Below are positions 55,121-64,000 of a stretch of 64,000 nt of DNA, in pieces. The translations under genes and the position numbers were made by a program. A model generated the notes under the pieces. The model made no database searches, was not told the origin of the DNA, and saw nothing but the letters and a program-made list of their open reading frames with translations. The stretch's first letter is position 1, and every line of letters begins with the position of its first letter. The stretch comes from Tubulanus polymorphus (Eukaryota > Animalia > Nemertea): the NCBI RefSeq assembly GCF_964204645.1, contig NC_134031.1, forward strand, positions 11,596,088 through 11,660,087, in the 5' to 3' direction.

Positions 55121-56913
55121 GTGATAAGTCTTGTATTGAATAATATAGAAAATTATTATTTCAGAAACGAATAACTACTGTATAATTTATATACATATTT
55201 ACATATTGCACGTGAAGTTTTTATCACAATAATTGAATTGTACACCTCATTCAAATAAAAAAAAAGGTTAAATAAATTGTTTCAAAATAAATCATAATCT
55301 ATCTAGTTATAATTATTTATAATCTATAAAAGGGCTAGTGCAAGGATCTCTCCTTCCTTGCAAAAATCCACGATATGTGACTCAATGGTCGCTAAATTTA
55401 GGCCCACGAAGACCCAAAATAATGCTCATGGCATAAAAGTAAAAAGGTAAAAGGAAAAAGCCGCCAGGTTGACTATTCCCGATGGATTAAAAATAGGTAC
55501 ATATCGTCGAGTTGACTAACGTCAGAGCCCGGCCTGACCTGGGTTGCCCCAGGCCAGGAGAGCGCGTGTTATTGTTTACCTCAAATCAATGTGGGTCGAG
55601 ACGAGAGTGACGTTTGCGCGCGCTGACCCATTTTTATAGATTCCGCGCAGTGTGACGTCACCGTGCATGGAGGATGACGTCACACAGCACAAAAAACATG
55701 GCCGCCGCGCAAAAGCTCCGAGTTTAAAAGTTTAGACGACTGTACAAATAGTAAATCGGGATCTTACATAGTAAAATAAGGTGAGAGCGAAAAGTGATCA
55801 ACCTAAAGTTTTGATTGTTAAAAGCTGAAATTAATTATACTACTATATGCAGAGAAAATGAGGTGCACAGAATGTGAAATGAAAGGGGCGAGCTAATTAT
55901 CGGAAGCGGAAAAACAAACTATACATTAACGACAACATTTTAAACTATTTAACAGGAATTTCCGCTACAAGTGGTTCTGTTTGCGTATGCCTTGCTTGTG
56001 GTATCATAAAGGTAAAAGTCTTTCACGCCACTTTTCGACAAGGTCAATTGGACACTACTTAGACATTTTCCATGCCCTGTAGCTTATTCATGGTGTGTGT
56101 CATTTGAAATTCATGATGGACTTCATGATGGTATACTTCGGATAGGACTTTGTTTTGTCACACAGGTGTTTTATCAGTCAATTTTCATACACAATTGGTC
56201 AGTCATCACAGCATTGGATATTATATTTGTCAGATTGTCAAGCATTTCACCAAGTGAACATAAGTCCACGGACCCCAGTTTATCATCCCTTAGCCAAGCA
56301 ACCGCATCATGAAAGTTAATTTATATTCTGTTACTGTGAAAATAAGTACATCATGTATTTTGACGTGAGAGAGGTCGACTATCCAATTCTCATAAATGAT
56401 TGCATAGAACAGTGACCTCGGATCATAGGTGACATCTGATTACCCCTCAGAGTATATGTGAACCTGGTTAAAACTGGTTTTGATGATCTAGAGCGGAGTG
56501 GAATCTCATTGCATGGCTTGATATCAGAAAGTTTGTCACAAGAAACAGTATCAAATGAAAATAATATAGAAATATATCTGAAAAGTCAGAATGAAAATTG
56601 TTTATCACAATCTTGCAAATATAAATTTCAGATGGATTGGAGTCACTAATAATTGAAAACGTTTCACAGCAAGGAGGTGAAATAGGTGTCGGTCTCTTTG
56701 AAGGTAGGGGTACGATAAACTGAAGTGTAATTTATAGGATCTTATGAACCCTTTAAGTTAATTAATTAGGGCTAAAAAGATACCTTGTTTCTCATCACTA
56801 CCCATGTCTCAATTTTTATGTAAACAATTATAGGCTAAATGATAACGAAATTGCCCAGGATTGTAGAGTGACCTGAAAATTCAATAGTATAGATAAAATC
56901 TGAACTGCATGAA

Positions 56914-57747
56914 TGGCTGGTGTCGACAAGCCACTCAATGCCTACCGATGCAACTGGGTTTATCGCCGAATAGCGGCCTACAAGAGGCCGCCAGTTGCTG
57001 CTCTATCGGTTCGACATAAATCGGCTTGCGACGGCAACCCGACGCCTACAGACTCGTCGCAAACCGTATCCGGCTAGTTGCTCATGTTCTACTCCAGCCT
57101 ATGGCAGGCGGGCAGTTGCTTTCGATCGCAACCGACATAAGCTCATTTACGACGCGATGGAACTGAGCGCATGAATTCCAGCCAATCAGAGACCGAATAT
57201 GTACAGTGCAAATTTTGACTGCTAGTTAGCGTTGTATTGTATGTGAAATATACGCACGGAGTGAAGGATAAATGACTAATTTACGGCTAATTCGAGCAAC
57301 CTTTTTCGATAAGTCAGGTCTCGGGTCATTATACTTAAGTTTCTTCTGGTTAAGAAATCGCTGAACGATCAATTTTGACAGCATTTGCCCTTTAAGTAAT
57401 TTCAAAGGCAAACCAAACCTTCAGCACGGCAAATGACTGGACCGGCGATCTAGAAATGAAATTGGTAGAATTACCGTGTGGGCGGCCATCTTTATATGAT
57501 GTCGCTAGCACATTGTATTCAAAACAAAATCAGAAAGATAAGATCTTAAAGAAATAGCTTTTCAACTAGAAACATATTTCCCTATAATTCAAAATAATAT
57601 AAATTTATTCTTTAAATGTTTATCGCGTGACCATCTGAGCCATCAGTTGCTGCGAATCGGAGCGCAGTCGACATAAGCTGGGCTGCGATTGCTGGTGCTC
57701 TCAGTCGAGTCGATAGGTGTCGCGTTGCTTGTCGACATAAGTCAGCC
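56914..57747. mobile_element. MITE with imperfect TIRs and internal gtcgacataa-type repeats
   Basis: ggctg...tgtcgacaagc on the left versus gcttgtcgaca...cagcc on the right. Confidence 0.5.
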
Positions 57748-59982
57748 TTTACCTTAATGTTTTATATTCAATAAGTATTTCATGTTTTCTGAGAGCAAGC
57801 TTGTGATTGTCTTATAACAAACTTATTTTTTCTTAAAGATAATAGAAATAGTAATAAAAAACAAGGTATCTAGTTTTTTGGCCCAAATGATCAATGTTGA
57901 TAAAAAACAATTTTCATTTTTTAATGAGTTCTAATTGAAATTTAAATATGAGTTGCAGTTCATTGCAGTAATGAGGAAAATTGCAAATGTTGTGTTATAA
58001 AATCATTTTTAGAAGATATGGGATCACTGCTAGTTGAAGAAAATTCACACAATCGTTCCTTGTATGATGAAGATATAGACCAAATGAACGTAGGTTTACC
58101 CGAAAAGAAATAAGCATTTGTAAAATCAACGAAACATATGGACATCTAAAGCAAAATCATTCATTTAACACATGTGTTTTTTCAGAATCGAACGAGTTTG
58201 ATTTGAGTACAACCCTGAACGCTATAACTAGTGTCATCAAAGGTAAATAGGCTTAATAGAATTAAATTTTCAGGGAATTCCTTTATAGATCAATTTTTAG
58301 CCCACTTTGAACATATGTCCTACCCAGCCATGGGCAGCGGAACCGGGGCATTTGGGGCCTTATTGGCCGGACCAATATTTACTATTTAGTTCCGCACATT
58401 AAAAATGACTTAAGTTTAAAAAACATTACTCCTTTGAGTTTAATCCCCGCCCTGATAACCTCTCCACAAGCTGAATAAGAAGATGCATTTATTTAAGGCT
58501 TCATAACTTAAAACTTAAATTTTGCCAGAACACAGGTCCCTATCCCTACACTGAATTTTGTAAGGGAAACGGAAATTCTACTTCTAAAATAGCTATACTT
58601 CTGTAAATACTCTACTATTTCGTAGGGATTTTCAAAATAAAAAACTACCATTGATTTTATGGATAGTTTTTATTTGTGGAAAGGGCCATTTTCTCGTCGA
58701 ATTAAAGCAAATTATCTTGTAATCGAGGGGCACACCGCCCACCTATCCCACTGGTGGCCATGGGATAAGCCGTTTCCAACTGCTAAGCTTTCAGCCTCAA
58801 AAAATATTTCCACTGTTTCCTTTGGTTGGACCAAATTATATAAGCTTCAGCCGCCCCTGTCAGCAGGCTGATTGCATTTACATTTACGAGGACATTTCAT
58901 TGGGTTGTTTCGATACCTGGTATATACATGTTTGTACTCTAGACACATCTAATACTGAAACTAGCCCGGTCACAATCAAGATGTCCGGTGAAGGCCATTT
59001 TTGTTAGCCAAAATCAGCACTTCGTGCAAATTATGATGTTTTCAAGGGAAATTTTGAAGACCCCTCAATCATTTATCTTGATCTGTCATATATATTTGTA
59101 TCCCTCAGAGCCCATCATATGGTGGCTGATTCGGGCCACATTAAGAAAAAAATATAACACTCATAAAAAATATGAAAACCAGTCTTGTTTTAACGCCACG
59201 TTAAAACCAGTTTTTAGCCCACTTAGCCCAGTCCTAGGCAGGCTATTTCGTCTGCTGTTCGCATCTCTATGGATTGTCTTTATATTAGGTTTATACATGT
59301 ATTTGAAGTTTTTGAGGGGAAATTTTGAAGAATAATTTTAATTAATTTTTTAGCATTTCAAGCCAACTCCCAAGTGGCCATGTTTTCCCAGGCCCCCTAG
59401 TTATTAAATGATATCAAAAATGTATTTTGTGAAAATCTTTTGCCTTACAGTTGATGGAAATGAAGTGCTTGAATCCCCTGTTGCTATGGATTGCGTTATC
59501 AAACCAGTGGAGCCTAGAAAATGTATTAAAAAAGGTATGGTATTGGAGGAGGTATCATGATAAAGAAAGATTCAGAAAGAAGTTACTATCATAAATTGAA
59601 AGGGATCATAGTGGAAGGGGATCACATTTATGGCCTGACCCCTATAATACTATTCAAACAGGCACCTACTTATGGGTTCAAAAAATGAAATTATACTTAC
59701 CAGAATGAGAGGACTGGTAGTCCCAATAGCGAAAGTTGGGAGGGGTACACGGTCCTACAAGTCTGCTCCTTGTAAAAATACAATGTGGTGCCCTGGAGCA
59801 TTTCAGTCAAGGGATAGGCTAAAGTAAGTAGTAGAAGGGGATATAGCTATTGCTTAGTGCACACACTTCGTTCCACTAATCATACACTTGATTGCAGGAG
59901 GAGATGCAATGAGTTTAATGATGTTTAAGTTTGTTACCCCAATGAATACTAAATCTGATACATGTATTGCAATCATTTGTAG

Positions 59983-62900
59983 GTTCATCAAATCCCAAAC
60001 CAAACGTTCTGCTGAAAAAAATAGCAGCAAGGCAAATAGCACGTGCTTTAATGCCGTGCTGTAAAAAGAACCATTGCAACAGCTTCCTTTTGAGAGAAGA
60101 TATTTTGCAAATTCGCTGAAGCGTTTGGTCAAGATCGTGGCGAGAACGTCACCAGTTTATAAAGGATTCATTGGGCAGTACAAAAAGCTATACAGTGAAA
60201 GGTGTGAGTGTGTGTCAGAAGGCTTGGTTGATGGCTCACGGTTTTCATGCTGTGACACTGAGCAATGTTCTCTCCGGTAAAAGCCGTGTCAGGGTGGGTG
60301 CACGTTCTAAAACAGCTGTCAACATCGAAGCATCGGCTTGGTTAGAAAAATACCTGACCGAAAATGCTGAGCATGCACCCCACAAAGCTGAAGCATGGCT
60401 TCCATCCGCTACTCGGAAGGTTGACGTCTGGAAATTTTACCGCAAACAAAGAGATCACCATAACCTGCCATACCTAAAGCGGACGTCGTTCTATCAGTTA
60501 TGGAAAGAATCTTTCCCAAATGTTAAAATCCGGAAGGTATGCGAGGAAGATATTTACTTTCTATTTAAATCACTTAAGTTACTTATATCCAAACAATTTT
60601 TTTATTGAAGTGCAACTCATTTCACTCATTTGGAAATTGGTAATTGTTGATGAATTCTATATATTTTCAAGGGAAATGCCTTCACAAAATGCACAACTTG
60701 CGTCATTCTAAATCGTAAGATGCAAGCAACAACTGATCCAGCGATGAAAGAGCGTATTAAAAGCTTGAGGCAAACTCATTATGACCAGATAACGTATGTA
60801 CTTATAAAATGATGCATTTCAGGCCCATTGCCAGCCCTGTCTTTGGGGGGGGGGGGGGTGGGTTTGAATTTTAAGGAAAGTTTAACTCATATGTGATAAA
60901 TATGCCACCCAAGGCATGTAAAGCTACCCCAGAAAATCATTAAAACAATAGATACAACAAGGAGCAACTTTCAATACTTCTGTCCCTAAAAAACTGCCTC
61001 GATTTAAGTAAGTTCGACTCCTATTTGAGCGAGCACTTACAAAAATGAGTCATGCTCCAGTTTTTGTCAGGCTGACATCAGAGTGGAACTTCATGAATAA
61101 GCGAACCCTGAACCCCCTAAATACGGGCATGCATTTCTGTTATGTCTAAGATTATTGGCAACTAGATATTTTTCCACAATTGGCCAACAGTTCAAGACCA
61201 AAACCATTCTTATGGTGGCTGTGTGTTAAGAAGGAAAGTAGGCTTTTGCAAGGCACTGTCATAAGATATACATAAACACTTCCCTTGAATTTTAGTAATT
61301 GATGCTCCATACAGATTTTTTTGGGATTCAGTGATATAACCGCTTGACATCGATATTCATATCTCCTAACACAGCTGATTATTAAAGTATGCAATTGGAT
61401 TTTATTTAGAATGGATAGACAGGCATATACGGTAAGGAGGAATCGAGCTAAAGCTAACCCACTACGCTATACATCATTAATCATCGATGGTATGGATCAG
61501 AAGAAAACGTACATTCCTCATTTAACTGGTTCAGTTCCTAAGGTTAGTTTGAAGCCGATGTTGATTAAAGCAATAATCTTTCCATACGAAAATACATACT
61601 CTTTTAATGGTTAACACTATTTGCAGGAATTTAGCTCTAATGAGTTGTTAAAAACACAAGTGACTGGTGTCATATGTCATGCTATGCAGCGTAGGTATTG
61701 CTACTTAGATGTCTTACAGTATCCGCACGATTCTAACATGGTAATGAATGTGTTATTGAAGACTTTGTGGAAGGAGTCAGTGGTAAGTATTGAGTCTTAA
61801 GCTTTTTCTCAATCTGTTCATCCTTTGAAAGAATCCAGTTGTTTTGGAAAAAGTTCTATGACGCTTCAATTGATTTTGCTGATATTTGGTTTATACATGT
61901 GGCTAGACATATCTGCTGCCCAAAAACTGGCCGGATCAGTATCATGATGGCCAACGAGCAGCCATTGTTGTTCTGAAGTTTCCCACGAAAGGTCTTAATA
62001 GGCTTTAATCAATTATCTTGATGTGTCTTCCTTGCCTACCCTTGTACGTATATGGTACGCTTTTGATGTTTTAGTCCTACGTACCTTGACATTGTTGAGG
62101 CAAGTTTCACGAAGGACCATCATTGAAAAATTTAATGATTTGATTATGGAACCTATGCATATTTTGTAACGATAATGAGTTACAAAGTTATGGTTGATGA
62201 AATATCATCATGGTGAGATTCAAGGTCAGCAATATCTTTTTCATAGCTCTTTTTCATAGCTAGCGGGATTTGAATATTAAATGTGGTCAGAAGTTGTCAA
62301 GCATTTTAGTTCTATATTCAAAGGATCCCTGGATGCCTAATTTATAATTTAGCAAACAACATATCCCCTATTTTAGCTAATTTACTATAAGTAGGTTTCA
62401 AAAAAGTGTTGATAAAGCGTTATATATGTTTATTTTCAGAATGGTCATTTACCGCCAATTCTTTATCTTCAAGCGGATAATACATGTCGAGAAAACAAAA
62501 ATCGCTATCTATTAGCCTTTTTGGAACTTTTTGTACGACTTGGAATATGCCATGAGGTAAGACATGACTATTTCGTAAATGAATATCACTCGTTCCAGAT
62601 TCAAAAGATTGATATGGAATTAATTTTGCCTTGCCTTTCTTCACCTCCCTACTGTCATGATTCTATTTTGCAGACAAATCTATCATTTCTATCTGTCGGT
62701 CACACACACGAGGATGTTGATCAAATGTTTTCGGTAATCGCAGGAACTTTACGAAAGGAGGAAGCTTTAACCCTTGACGCGATGCTGCAGAAATTAATCG
62801 GTGGTCAATTTTTGAATGGTCTTTTTTATATAAGGGCGTGGCTTGAGCCCCATATTAGAAATATATCTGGGCATTCAAAGATAAGAAATTTTTGCTTCCG

Positions 62901-63420
62901 CAAAATAGAGGATGGCTGCAGTTTATTTTATAGAAAGTCAAGTTCGGGCACATGGCGTGTATTGAGAGGTGGACTATTGAATTCAATACCTGTCGGTCGG
63001 CCAGAAATTTTGATTCAATGTTATGATGACTTTTTATCAAGCAAATATCTTACTAATCTAAACAAATGGAAAAACTTTTTGGACGATAATACGGTGAACT
63101 GGTGGACAAGATACATTGACACCATAAAAAGACTACAACATGACAAGAAATTTTTGGAGAACCATTCAATGGCAGATGCATACTGGTTTCTGCCTCGTTT
63201 TAAGAAATATCAGTTGTCGGATCTGATTGATGCAGTGCCAGAAACTCCTGCTAACCTGCTTCAACAAGTTGCAGGAACAGATAATCCAGTGGTATGTTTT
63301 ATTTCTATTTTTGAATTATTTTTGTTGAAGTTTCAGTGAGATGCTGCTTTAGCAAAAATCTGCTTTAATATGAAAGGACTATTGTTTAATCTTATATTTT
63401 CTTTACAGATAACTGTGTGA
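59983..63420 (+). pseudogene. Multi-exon Sola-like (DUF7869-type) transposase with one in-frame TGA
   Basis: Exons 59983-60536, 60672-60793, 61410-61542, 61627-61782, 62440-62556, 62674-63291 and 63409-63420 (phase-consistent GT-AG). Motifs LIIDGMDQ, LYLQADNTCRENKN and FLSVGHTHEDVDQMFS; TGA at 60117. Possible upstream exons back to about 55850. Confidence 0.75.
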
Positions 63421-64000
63421 ATTCATTGAATGCCTGAAGTTAGCCTCTAGCCACCTGGATCTGCTCTGACTTTTTTACCCTCTATTGCGCGGCTATGGAG
63501 TTCGCTTTTCAAATGAAATTGAATAATAATGGTATTACCATTATTATTCAATTCCAGGTAATGATTGTTATACCACCTTATATGTGCGTTTCTAAGCGAT
63601 TTACAAGAATGATACTCGAATGTTAAAAACAATGAATACAAAACGATTTTTTAGATATTAATTTGAATAATATTGGGTAAATGGATACGTTTTAAGCACT
63701 AAATTTAAAAGTATCATTGATAGTATGTAAATATAGATGTAATATTTTAAGTTTGATGGAGGCGATTTAATTCTTCAAAGAATAGTTTACAAGTCAATTC
63801 ATTTCGAAATATGCAGAAAATATCGTCAACATATCTCACGTACAACATTGGTTTGTAATAAGTTTTAAAAATTACAAAATCATTCATTCCGTGGTTTGTT
63901 TTCATACGTATCTACCAGTCTCTTTTGGTAATTTATGGTTGGAACATGTAAATTTACATAGTTTAAAATCTCACTAAGTTTTAAAAAATCCCCGAGGTAG

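Noticed and set aside
48630-55337. DIRS-type element, or Academ-type TIR (TAG...CTA ends), as explanation for the inverted repeats
   Set aside because: Pol has a DDE integrase and a tRNA PBS and no tyrosine recombinase; there is no TSD next to the TAG/CTA ends.
60117-60119. TGA as selenocysteine or readthrough
   Set aside because: Not at a conserved Cys position and no SECIS recognised; a nonsense mutation or sequencing error is simpler.

Overview
Eukaryotic, probably invertebrate, genomic DNA made almost entirely of mobile elements; I see no ordinary host gene. (1) About 3.5-35.2 kb is a very AT-rich cluster of rearranged, mutually divergent pieces of an endogenous Polinton/adintovirus-like virus (three two-armed units plus fragments). 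It carries an rve integrase with chromodomain, an A32/FtsK-type packaging ATPase, a probable major capsid protein, an HNH endonuclease, zinc-finger genes and membrane-protein genes. Every copy has lost the body of the protein-primed PolB. Ten of the 12 viral gene types with a visible start begin at TAAATG, which is the poxvirus late-promoter initiator, and long hairpins lie where the two gene arms converge. (2) 36.3-40.5 kb holds an intron-containing DDE transposase with RAG1/Transib core motifs. (3) 48.6-55.3 kb is a Ty3/Gypsy element with intact gag and pol whose two LTR copies are inverted, inside an apparently identical 780-bp inverted repeat. (4) 60-63.4 kb is a multi-exon Sola-like (DUF7869-type) transposase with one premature stop. 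A 3.3-kb long-TIR non-autonomous element occurs three times, alongside several MITEs. All family assignments come from reading motifs by eye, not from database searches.
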